From Raillietiella orientalis (lineage: Eukaryota): 64,000 nt of DNA. Where the stretch lies: NCBI GenBank assembly GCA_036172245.1, contig JAYWIR010000027.1:2418001-2482000 (forward strand), written 5' to 3'. The position numbers and the translations under genes are program-made. The notes beneath the pieces are model-generated. The model was not told the DNA's origin. It worked only from the letters and a program-made list of their open reading frames with translations, and searched no databases. Within the stretch, counting starts at the first letter, position 1. Every line of letters starts with the position of its first letter. Shown here one piece after another: positions 27,601 to 38,592 of the stretch.

Positions 27601-30600
27601 TTGGAGAAACAGAAGAATTTCCTCAGGACAAGTATCATCTAGAATCCTGTGTCAAATGCCACTATATGGATGAAAGTGGAATTTCGAACTGCCTGAAATT
27701 TCAAACACCCAAATCACCATTTGGATCTTTGAATTCGATCCATATTCGTTCCATTTCTTATTCTTTCCCACAATGATGGTAAATCCTAAAATTCCTCCAT
27801 ACTCATCAAAGAAGAATCGAAAATAGCACAATCTGTTATGCAGACATTGTATCAATTAGAAATGTCCTCCAAAAGGAACCTCATTTACGAGTTATTACGT
27901 GTTGATTCCTTTGCTCCTGGATGTATCTTTTTTTTAAAGTGCCACACTCGTAAGGAAATGAGTGTGGCACTAAAAGAACTGTTGCAGTGTCAATGCGGTG
28001 TGCCAGTGCGTATCGCAAACACATTTAAAGGAATTCATGAAAACAGGAGGGTGATTTGGAAACTTTGGGAAATATCGTTTGCCTCCTAAAGAAAAGAAAA
28101 TGTGCGAATCATCATGGTTCCAGCCTAAGGAATGAATGAAACACCTGCTTAATCGATGAACCCAAATAAAAATAAGTCCAATGGCTGACAAAATTTGCTC
28201 TCAAAATCTCATCTAGGAGAGACAGATGAAATACAATGCATTATAGATGGCCACCTTGCCCAAACGATGCATGCATGTATGTTTAATGTACCAGCATTTT
28301 CAAAAACTAAAGGATCAGTCTCATAAAATGAAAATCTGGTATTTAGATCAGCATTCCATAACACAAGGTTAGCTAAAATCAGTGGATGCACTCTCTCACA
28401 TAACACCAAATAATGGCGAGCATTTTGGATGCATCTGCGGTTCTATGGATAAGGAGGGATGATCCCGAAATCTCTTTCTGGCCTAGTCATTCACTGGTGT
28501 TCCCTGATTCAAGAGCAACTGTGAGGTCCTGGAAGCCATCTTTTTTGTGCCTTTCAAAAAAACGAAAAAAGGTTTACCAGTTAGACTAAGTGAATGTCTT
28601 CGATTGGAAAGATCAAGTGAGAGAAAGCCAAATAAGGGAATCATCCAGATCATCGTCCTGAGAGTGAGGTTCCCTGTGTTTCAGGACGTCGACTGACAGA
28701 ATTTATCAAGCTTCTAACTCGGAGGATTCTGTTTATAAATTACTGCTCTTTATGTGGAATTTTGTCCCCACGGCACTTCTCTGGTCAAGTTATCATTTGG
28801 TTGTTCACCGCCACTCGCACGACAGACACATTCATTAGAACGAAATCATCAACAGAAAGTTGTTCTTTCCTAACTGGCAGAATTTCATTTGAGATGCTTT
28901 ATCGGGTCCACTCTAGGTCCATCAAAGCTATAGTTGATCTACAACACTCCTTGAGCGTTGTTTTCAAGCGAGCTTACCAACTGATCCATTGCAAATTAAT
29001 TAATTGGATAGATTACGTTTTACTTTGATTCTCTTGGAATAGGACTGGAGGCATTCAGAAAACAAACATACAAACACACGCAAAAAAAAAAATCATACCT
29101 GCATTTTTCTTTTATGAAACAGTTGCCACATACTCAAACGGTTTATTTCTTTTTCATTTTTCCATCCCATTCTAGGCATTCCTCCGTTTTGCCCGAATCC
29201 ATGTGGTGACGAATGCAGACCGTGCAACAATGGAGGCGATTTTTTATAGCGTGGTGCCATGGAAACGCATTTCGTGCATTCTGTATGACCTCCTCATTCC
29301 TGCTATTCCAACTATCTCTTCGTTTTTCCTTCTTCCCCCTTTTTAAATTCACACAATGAAGAAGAAAGAGCTTCTACTTTCCCTAGTTGCAGCACTAGCA
29401 AGCATGACAGTGTTTGTGTACCTAACTAAGAGATCACACCAGGTAAAAAAAAACTTTTGGATGCTGTAAGTATTTAATTTAATTTGGAGTGCATCCATTA
29501 AAAACCTCTATAAAAGCTGCATCTGCAAGTTTGGTTTCCTCAATGCTTGCATTAAAACTGGTCAGCTGTTCCCTGTCTTATGATTTGTGAGAACGAAAAA
29601 GTGCTTTTGTTGTTTTGCTCGTTAGAAAGAATGGTGGTGGACAGGAAGTGTGGTGTCCACGTATCGTAGGTGCCTGCTGCAACGCGAGCACACAAAGCTT
29701 TGTAAATTAGTGGTTTGAAAATTCATTATTTATTTATTTATTAAGGGGGAGAGGTTGGTTAAGGTCTTTGGAATGCGCGATATGGCTGCAGCTTACGAGC
29801 CAAATCTTTTCTCTAACTATCCCGTAATCGATTTTGTTTTCCACGCCTCGGTTGAAATTTGTTCCGAGAGAAAAAGAAACTAAAAACAAAACAAAAGGTT
29901 CCCGCGATGTGTACGTAAAAAACCATGAAGCGGGTCGTGAACTTTGTTGGCTTGTGGGTGGCGTGGGGTTGGTTCCCTGAGAGACGAACTCCTTCCGTTT
30001 CCCAGAAGAAGAAGAAGAAAAGTCGTATAGTACAGAGTGAGGTGGTGCGAGTGCGGCGAGAAAGGTTGCATTTCGCGCCAGGTGCTGAGGGTGCGCTTAT
30101 GTATCAAAAACACACATGCGCATTTTTTGTAGTACACGTGCAGCAATCGAAGAGTGGTGTCACTCCATCCGCCTCGCCGCTGGTCCGGGAGGGAAGGTCT
30201 AGAATATGAAGGAGAGGGTGGACAACAAACAAACAGAATGAAGGGTGGAGGGAACTGGGAAGGGCCGTCGAGCTCCGATCCCTCTCCCTGGTCCGCAGTG
30301 CGTGCGCAACGCAGACGATGTCCTCCTTCCCTGTTTGATCCGTGCAGGACCACCTCGCCGCCGGAGATGGCTAGGCCGAGGAGGGGCGCTTGTCCTCCTA
30401 TAGCGGGGCTCATTCGCAGGGCGGATGCTGTGCGGGACCGTGAAGGCTGCGTCCGGAGAGAGCACATCTCCCTAACCAATCCGTCGCACGGGTTCCTTGG
30501 GGATGTCGCCCAGAAGGGAGAAGACTCTTCCGCCGCTCGTTCCCCGCCCCAACGAGGAGCGCCGCAGTGCAGGAGAAGAGGACGAGGAAGGGGAGGATGG

Positions 30601-31233
30601 ACGGCGATTTACTTGGGAGAGCTCTCTCATGGGAATGAGCAGGACTAGCAGGAATAATGCTAGTCTACTCGATGAGTTCTTCCTCCTCACGTCACCATGC
30701 GGGCAGCTCAGGGACTGGAATCGCCACTTTCCCTTAGGCAGTGCTTCAGCGTTGAGAGCTGCGGTCCTTGTGCGACGTTCCTCGTTTTCCGGGGAGCGGA
30801 AGAGAAAGACGAGGAGGTGAAAGAGGAGCGTGAGGGAGTCTGGGAGGGAACTGACGAAAGGAAGCTGCTGTCTCGCTCCTCTTTCGCTTTCGAGACGAAT
30901 CCGAAGAAGAAACCAGAGAGGGGCGCGCAGGCAGCATCTCCCCAGAACGGTGACCGTCGGTCAGTCTCCTCGCCTTCGGTCCCTTCTTCCTTGGCAGAGG
31001 AACAGAAGATGGGCAGGAGCAGCCGCGGGTGCTGCTGGCCGAGGACCGCGACTCTGTTTCGCACGCGCGTCGTCGCCTTAACGACCGTGCCTTTTCCTGG
31101 AGGCAGTAAAAGGAACCATGTGGCCGAGCCTTTGTCTCAAGTCCTTCTCCACCTGTCCCTTCGTTCTGGAAGAAGGAAGGAAGAGGGTCCTGCTGAGGTA
31201 AGCTGAATGTGTGCTCCGCTCACCCGTCCAAAG

Positions 31234-31975
31234 AGATCGAGGGAGCCTGAAGGGGGAGTGGCGCCGCCGCAGAGAGCGCCTGAAGGCATGGAAGAGAGAG
31301 AGAGTCGGCTGAGAGTCCCCCGCCGTCCCTCTGCCAAGGCGGACTGCCCGGGGACTCCAGACGCGCGCTTTTTCGGCAGACATGTAGAGGCGATCTCCAC
31401 CAGGAGGCGACGGATCTGCCGCAGCTCTCGCAGTTGCCTTGGTTGCTGCTGCCGCCTCCGCCGCCATCTTCAGCGCGTCGGCTTGATGACGAAGGGCGTA
31501 CTAGCACCCGCCAACTCCGTCTCCGCTTTTCCTTACAGGTCCCACCCGCCGTAAGCGGCCAATCCGTCGACAGTTCCCGGTACGAGCTGATCCAGCTGAG
31601 GGAGGCCCTGCGGACACTACGGGAGACGGGAGACTCCCTGGCGGCCCGAACGGACGCCTCCATCGGAAGCCTCAAGGACGCCAACTCCCTCGCGCACAGC
31701 CGGCTGGCGCAGCTGCAGCAGGGGATGAAGGTCATGGGCGACGAGTACGGCACCCAGATCTCGGTCCTGCAATCGTCGCAGGAGAAGCTGCGCGGGCTAA
31801 TGGAGGCCCTCCAGAGAAGGCCCTCGCAGAAGGTAACCCGGGGGTAGTGGGTCCCTCCAGACACCCATCTCCCTTCCAGCCCCTCGAGATGGAGAAGATC
31901 ATCCGCCTGAAGAGCTCCCTGGACGACATCGTGAGCGACCTCCTCCGGAACGGAGCCGCTGCTTCCCCCATCTGA
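31234..31975 (+). CDS. 3' exons of an unrecognised coiled-coil protein gene (5' end unresolved, probably ~30-31.2 kb)
   Basis: Exon 31539-31832 (CCTTACAG acceptor, AAG|GTAACC donor) encodes heptad-like ELIQLREALRTLRETGDSLAARTDASIGSLKDANSLAHSRLAQLQQGMKVMGDEYGTQISVLQSSQEKLRGLMEALQ. A 47-nt intron follows, then last exon 31880-31975 PLEMEKIIRLKSSLDDIVSDLLRNGAAASPI*. GC3-rich codons, AATAAA at 32000, upstream donor GAG|GTAAGC at 31198. Confidence 0.65.
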
Positions 31976-31999
31976 GCCCCTCCCGCCCTTTGCGGGACC

Positions 32000-32005
32000 A
32001 ATAAA
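32000..32005 (+). promoter_or_regulatory. Polyadenylation signal AATAAA
   Basis: 25 nt after the TGA at 31973-31975, in otherwise GC-rich DNA. Confidence 0.65.
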
Positions 32006-32890
32006 AAAGCAATAAGAAGGGCATCCCTTCGGCTGCTTCTGTTTCCGATGGGTAGGGAGGGGTCGCGCACCAACCAGGAGGGCCGGGGTTTGATTTCTCC
32101 TCTTCTACTGCCTCGCCTCCCCCCTCTCTCCGTTCATCCCCCGAGAAGATTTCCCGTAGGAAACGGAGACGGGAACCCCAGGATCCCTCAAGGGGTCAGC
32201 CATGATTCCCTGGGGGGAGCGAGGGGAAGTGGAAGGAGGAAGAGGGGGGGGTGCCGCCTCCTCTCCCTTTCTCCTTCCTCCCCAGATGCTCTTCCTGGAG
32301 ACCACCTACCGGGTGAGGAGGTCCCTGCCGAAAAAAGGATGGTGGAGGGTGGGACGGGAGGCTGCAGCACGTATGTCCATTCCCGCGTCCCCATCGATGC
32401 AGGAGCACCTTCTCCCTTCCCCTAGTTTTTCTTTTTTTTCCTTTTCTTTCTTTTTTAGCTTCCTCTTCTGCAGACACGGTGGGGGTTGATGGGGATAGGG
32501 AGGGGTCAAGAGGAGGAGGGGGAGGAAGCGGGGCGGATGGCAGCGAGCTCCGTCGGACGCACGCGCCACCATGACTCAGAGCAGTGGGAGGAGCCGGCTC
32601 CAGTATTTACTCCAATATGCGCTCCCGGGGCCGCCTTCCATTGGAAGGCCGACCTCTCTGTCCGGTGGCTCCTCCTGGAAGGAAGACGAAATGGAAAGGG
32701 GGGGATGAGCGAGTGATTTCCGGAGAGGTGACGCTCCCGCCCTCCGGACGCGCACTGGAGGAAGGGGAGAGAACCGTCCCGGCTCTCCTTCACGGAGGCG
32801 GACTGGGGGATGCGCAGAGAGGAGGAGGACAGCCAGCCCGGCGACCCTTCCTCTCTCCGGCCGCTCACCTGGAGGGACGCTCTAGCAGGG

Positions 32891-35657
32891 TCACTTCTTG
32901 TACTGCTTCATGAGCCCCCGGAGGGCTTGCAGGATGTCGGCCCCCGACATGCTCGGGTGCAGCCGCAAGCAGGGGTCCTCCTCCTCCTCCTGGGAGTGGG
33001 GTGGCCCGCGTGACCGTCCGCGGGAGGGGTGCGTGGACGCAGTAGCGGCGCTGGAGCTGCCGCTGGAGCGGCGCGCCCCTTCCAGGCAGCGCTCTAACTC
33101 CTCCCCGAGTGCCGTGTCCGCGTCCTCCCGGGAAGTGCAGGTCTTCGTCTCGGAGGGGCCCCGGAAGGCTGGTCTCCTGGGCGACCAAGGGGCGCGCGCG
33201 CCGTCGCCCCCTTGTGGGCAGGGCGGCTCCGGGGGGATCGGCTCGGGTCCGCCGCCTCCGCACTCTTCCCGGAAGCCGCGCCGCCTGCCGTCCGAGGGCC
33301 ACGGGCCTGCCGCCGTCGCAGCCGACACCTCCGCCCTCCTCGGACTGCTGTCGCGTCCGACTCCGGTGAGGGGTTCGCGGGAGGGACGCCCCCGACAGGG
33401 GGCGTCCCCGAGGCGGAGTTCGCGCCCTGGGGCTGCGGACACTGGGGCAGGCGCATCGGCCCCCCTCTTTCCAGAAAGATCCCAGTCCCAGCGGTGGGGC
33501 TGGGGCCCCTCCGGGAAGCGGGAGGGTCCTGCTTCCTTCCCGGGGAGGCCGTCCTGCCTAGCAGCTTGGGGGACGTCCTCACGACCCCGTTCCACGAAGG
33601 GCGCCTGCCTGCCAACCGTTTCCGGGAGCCGCTGGCCGGCATCCCCGCGATCCGAGAGGCGACCGTCCCGAGGGCGCTGCTTCCTTGCGGGTCCCGCCTC
33701 GCCCTTTGAGTCCCGGTCTCCGGTTCCCTGGGGCTCCAGGGCATGAGGGTGGGGTCGGGAAGCGTCCGGTCGGAGGCCGAGAGCGCTCCTGTCCTGGGCG
33801 GGGTCGCCTTTCCAAGAGCGGGAGGGGTCGTCCGCCCTCTTGCGCCCTGCTTCTGGGGGCGGCTCCTCGCGGGGGCGGCAGCCACTTCCGGACGGGTCCC
33901 GCCGCCAGTCCCTCCTCCAGGAGGAGCACCGGGGGGGCAGCGGGGGAGACTGTCCGTCCGCCCCCACGGGCGGAGGGACGACGGGAGCCCGGCCTCCCGC
34001 GGCGGGCGCCGGTCCGCGGTCCCCCGCGTGTCCTGCGAACAGCCGCCGGCGGCGGTCCCCGAGCCGCTCCCTGACGAAGAGCAGGCAGCGTCGCAGGGAT
34101 TCCTCGAACGCCCGCGTCGCCGAGCGGTGCCGGTCCAGCTGCCTCCGAAGACTGACGAGGATGCTGGGGAAGGAGAGGGAGGGGGATGAGAGGAGTGAGA
34201 AGAGGGAGCAGGGGGATGCTCACCTGCCGTAGTCGCTGTGGTCGGAGACCTTTGCCTGCAAGCCGAACTCCTGCGCCAGGTCCACCAGGTCGCCTCTCTC
34301 GGGTGCGTTCCGGTCCAGGGCGGGCAGGGACTCCAGCATGAGGAACACGTCTTCGCACACCCTCAGCAGCGCCCCTGGGTCCGGGCTCCAGCAGTCCCTC
34401 AACGACTCTGCGCAGTGCTGCGGAGGGAGGGAGAATCGCGGCGGGGAGAGCATTCGCATGCGAAGGCTGCAAGGCGGCAGCCCGTAGGCGCGACGAACGA
34501 AGCCCAGGCAGCGAAACGACGCGTTTGCCACACCGACCGCACGACGGGTGGGCGGGCGTGGTCGCGGTCTGCCGCCGGACGCGGCACGAAGGTGACGCCT
34601 TTGCGCGCGCGCATAAGCCGCGTTCGCGGACGCGATACACGCGAACGCTATCGCACCGTAGCGTTGAGCTGCAGATGCGTCACGTGCGAACGTGTTGGCG
34701 GTCGCACGAGCGCGAGTGGCCCGCCAGCGCGTTCACGTGCTCACCACGCCAATGCTGGAGAAGGTGGTCAGTGCCGCCAGCGCGATGCGTGGAACACTTC
34801 CGCACGCATCCTCCGCGTCCGTGTACGCTCCCTTCCTGGCGGCGCGGTGCTCCGCGTGCGCACCCACGATGCGAGCGAGAGCTGCTCGGCCGCCCCAGCC
34901 GAGGCGGCGGACGAGTTGGTTGAGCGAGCGAATCGTTGCGGCTCCGCTCGTTCCCCCCCCCCCCCTTCTCCTCCCTCTGCTTCGTTGTTCCCCTTCCCCC
35001 CCCCCTTCTCCTCCCTCTGCTTCGTTCCTCCCCTTCCCCCCCTCCGCACCCTCCCGCGACGAAGACGCGGACCAACCTGCAGCCGATCCGCGCGCAAAGT
35101 CGCGCTCTCGCCTTCCCGGGAGCAGGGCCGCTGCTTGAAAGTGAGGGCAGGGTTCGCGCTTCCTGCCTTCAGGGACCCATGCACGAAATCCAGCAAGTGC
35201 TCCTGGGGGGAAAGGGAGTCCGGAGTCATTCCTTTAGCGCACGTCCCTCCTATCCCGAGACGTACGTGGTCATCGAGGAGCCTCTGGTACTTGCCGTTCA
35301 GAGAGCAGTACTTTTCGAGGACGGAGTCCAGCTCGGTAGCCACGGCGCTCCTCTCCTCGTCGACGAGGTGGAAGAACGCGAGCAGCTGCCGCACGAGCTG
35401 CAGGACCGCGTCGCCCAGCCTGCGTAGACAAACATCAGGGGGCGCAGTTGTGGCGATCGCATCCCCTGCCCCGAGGGCACTCCCTGCAGAAGGGAAGTTT
35501 AGAAAGAGGGAGGGAGAATGCGAGAGGGTTCGAGGTGGTGCGTGCGTGTTTACCGCCCGGCGCGCGCTTCCTTTTCTCCCGAGGAGAAGAAGGCACACCG
35601 GCGAACCGAGACAGGACACGCTCGCCTCGGCCACCGGGAAGAAAGCAGCGGCACCAT
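32891..35657 (-). CDS. Unrecognised multi-exon protein: helical N-terminal part plus long low-complexity P/R/G/S-rich C-terminal exon
   Basis: Phase-compatible GT-AG exons 35419-35266 (LGDAVLQLVRQLLAFFHLVDEERSAVATELDSVLEKYCSLNGKYQRLLDDH), 35202-35077, 34417-34224 (HCAESLRDCWSPDPGALLRVCEDVFLMLESLPAL...), 34163-32891 (ILVSLRRQLDRHRSATRAFEESLRRCLLFVRERL...HPSMSGADILQALRGLMKQYKK*). The first exon 35657-35635 (MVPLLSSR) is tentative. Confidence 0.6.
34948..35045. repeat. ~40-bp C/T-rich tandem repeat, ~2.5 copies, intronic
   Basis: Repeated unit resembling GCTTCGTTGTTCCCCTTCCCCCCCCCCTTCTCCTCCCTCT. Confidence 0.8.
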
Positions 35658-38592
35658 TTTCGTCCGCCGGGGTTGGTCGAACGTTAGGAAAATTCTACTT
35701 ACACGTTCATGCGTGTGCGTGCGTGCGTGCATGCATGCGTTTGTTTTTTTTTTTTTTTGGCGGGGAAGGGGGCACGGAGAGCTGTTCCGGCGAGCGTGGG
35801 ACTAGCCCTCTGGCGACGAGAAACCGAGTACACGCGACGCGCGCAGGAACACATCCATTGTTGAGTGCGTTTTCGAAGAAAAAAAGAAAAAAAAGGCACT
35901 CCGTCTCTTTGTTAGAAGTCGGCAGTCTCAGCAGCAACCCCGCGGTCGGACTGAAGGAAGGAGGTGGGGGCGCAGGGGGTGGGGTGTGGAAGTGCGCACG
36001 CGCGCGCAATCACCACCGCCCAACCAGTAGCGCGTCCCAGGCCGTCGGCCGCAGTCCGGTTCGTATCACGCTGTTCCACCCGCGACCAGGGTCCAGCTGC
36101 GAACCGAAATAGGGATTTTCGTGTGCAGAGGTTTTCCGTGATTTCGGCTGGAAGAGCGCAGTTTTCTTTTCGGGTTTGGTTATTTGGTAAGCCAAAGGAA
36201 CAACACACGAACGGTAAGCACTTAAAGCAGGCGGATCCTCAGCGGAGCCACCTGCTGCTCCCTTTCTCCGGTGGCACACGGATTCCTCCAGACGAGTGGG
36301 GATAACCGAGGGCATGCGCGCTGCTTATCCTGGTTTCCTACCAGAGGGGAAGGATGCTTGAAAAAGACGTATCGCCTATGAATCACAGTCGAGACGGAAG
36401 AAGAGAAAGGTTTCAGCACCAACATCAGCATCTTAGGCTGAGGGCGCGCTCCTCAGAATGAGCACGTTGCAGTTTGTATCTTGGAGTCATATGTGCTAGA
36501 GGTCGGAAGTATCTGCGGCATTCCGAAGGTTTTGAGCGATCCAACATAAAAAAAAAACTGATGCTTATCCGTAGCTTTATGTGAGAGGATGCTTTTAATC
36601 AAACTTTTTGACATCATCGATCCGGGTGGATATTATGAGGACGAGAGTGGGGACCCTGACTAATAGAAATGGTTCCTCCGGAGTTCGCCCCTTGTTTCTT
36701 CATCACTTTGGTCGAGAACACACGAGGTGCATATAAGAATGCAATCAGCTGGAAGATGGCATTACATTTTTATCTTAGCATATCATAATTAAATGCTACA
36801 AAGCAATATTTTATTTCCTGCAGATTCTTCCTCAGATTATTTATACCCTACACTCATCACACTTTCTGATGAATAACTAACGTACATGAGACTCCAGATT
36901 ATTATTATTTTCGTCTCTTAATCATAATTTTATTACCTATCAACCTCGTTGTCCATGTATTATATGTGCCAAGGATTCTAAATACGTGCTCACCATCACC
37001 GTACTTGCTTAACTAAAAGCCCAAAATTTGCTTGTATACCTACTTTCAATTACGATTGTCTTTCAATTAGGTTTTCGATTGCAACTGGTCGTCCATTATG
37101 TTCACGTACGATAATTTTCACAGAGCCATACGCATCTCATGCGCGTGTGGCAGCACTGCAGCACCGATCGCGTCCGTTTACACGTCGTGCTGCTCCCATG
37201 GGCGTGCGCGACGCTCTGCCGATTAGTGAGTGCGGCGCGGCTTCCTCTATGCTTTCGTATTATCGTGTGTGGACGGACATACCTGGTGTGTGGACTGGCG
37301 TGCGGGGGCTTCCATCTGATGACCTAAGTGGTCTGTGTGCGCATATGTGCAGTGTCTCGCGAGGCGAGGGGCCGCTCGCATACTGCGACAAGTGGACGGA
37401 GGGGAACGCTAATGCCGCCGACCTCGGTCGGGAAGTGCGCCCCGATGCCAGCGCAGGTTCAACGACAGGAGGTGAAGCAAAGAACTGCCGATCCGTGGTC
37501 CTCTTCGTACTAACCACCGCAGCCATTGCTCTGTGGCAGTTTTTTCGATTCATTGAGAACTTCGTTTCCCTTCGCGGGCGTGAGCGACGCATGCAAAAAT
37601 CGTCATCATTTTTTGCGCAAATCCAAGCACTCGGCGGCAACATCCTTCTCGAGCTCGCCTCCTACCGCTGCCAGCTGTCTACGGGGGCAGCTGACGTGAA
37701 TGGTCGGTGGTGCCACGCGTCCGTGTCCGTAAGCATCCAAGCGGAATCTCCCAGACGCTCTCTGTTGCTGGGTATTGCGACATGACCTCTGGTTCGATGC
37801 TTGCAGCACCGGATGGAGCGGTCATCCTCGTCAGGAATGCGTGCTGTGAGCCCACCGGACTACTCAGGCCGGTGTCTGGTTGACGATCCCGTGTTCGAAC
37901 CCGATGCCTTTGGTGATGTGCCATAAGCGCCTCGAGTATGTGTGGGGCCAAATCTCCTCGGCAGCTGCGAAGGTTGCCGGGAAGAGGGAGGTTCTTGCTG
38001 AGGCAAGGAGGCGAGAGCTCCCTGCCTCGCCATCTGCTTGCGGGAAGCTCGCTCAGCTTGTCCTCCCATCCGGAGGTGTCTCGGCGAAAGGCTCGGTTCT
38101 AGACAAGATCGCCATCGGGAATGCCTTCCAGCAAAGTCCCTCAGCCTACGCGGGTAGGCAACTCCTGCTGTTGGTGGAGACGCTGGAAACCCAGGAAGCC
38201 CGGGAAAAGAAGCGACGCAGCGTGCGCTCTCTTCAGCGCGAGGAGACCACCTGCGGGGCCGCCGCTTGTTGCCTCCCGGAGCGCACGCGAAGGAGACGGA
38301 GAGAAGAACGGTCGCCCCGGATCGTCCGGCAGAACCTGCGCACTCGGCACTGCGTTTTCTTTCTTTCCTTTCGGCGGTTGTCGGTCTTGGAACAGGTCAG
38401 CGAGGGTTCATGGTCGTCGTCGCTGCGACAAGGCTGGCACGGAACCCTCCGTGCTGTACGTCCGCTTCTCCGCCTGCGTGGGTGCGTGTTGTATCCTTTC
38501 CTCCTCGGTTGCTGGAGGAAGAGGGAGAGGGCGTGCATTTGGCGGCAGCAGCCGCAGCAGCATCCCGTCTTCTCCGGTTTCTCTTACGTTCC

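Noticed and set aside
16500..29800. Endogenous viral element or transposon in the AT-rich block
   Set aside because: The coding-like fragments resolve into ARPC2 exons. No RT, transposase, integrase or RdRp motifs, TIRs or LTRs were recognised in the remainder. Highly decayed elements cannot be excluded without RepeatMasker/TBLASTN.
34238..36112. 624-aa plus-strand ORF
   Set aside because: R/A/P/S-rich with no domain, antisense to a spliced minus-strand gene, and runs through microsatellites. It is a GC-rich shadow ORF.
37850..37910. tRNA/SINE-like B box (GTTCGAACCC) with a weak A box
   Set aside because: No cloverleaf or acceptor stem could be built, and no second copy was seen in the window.
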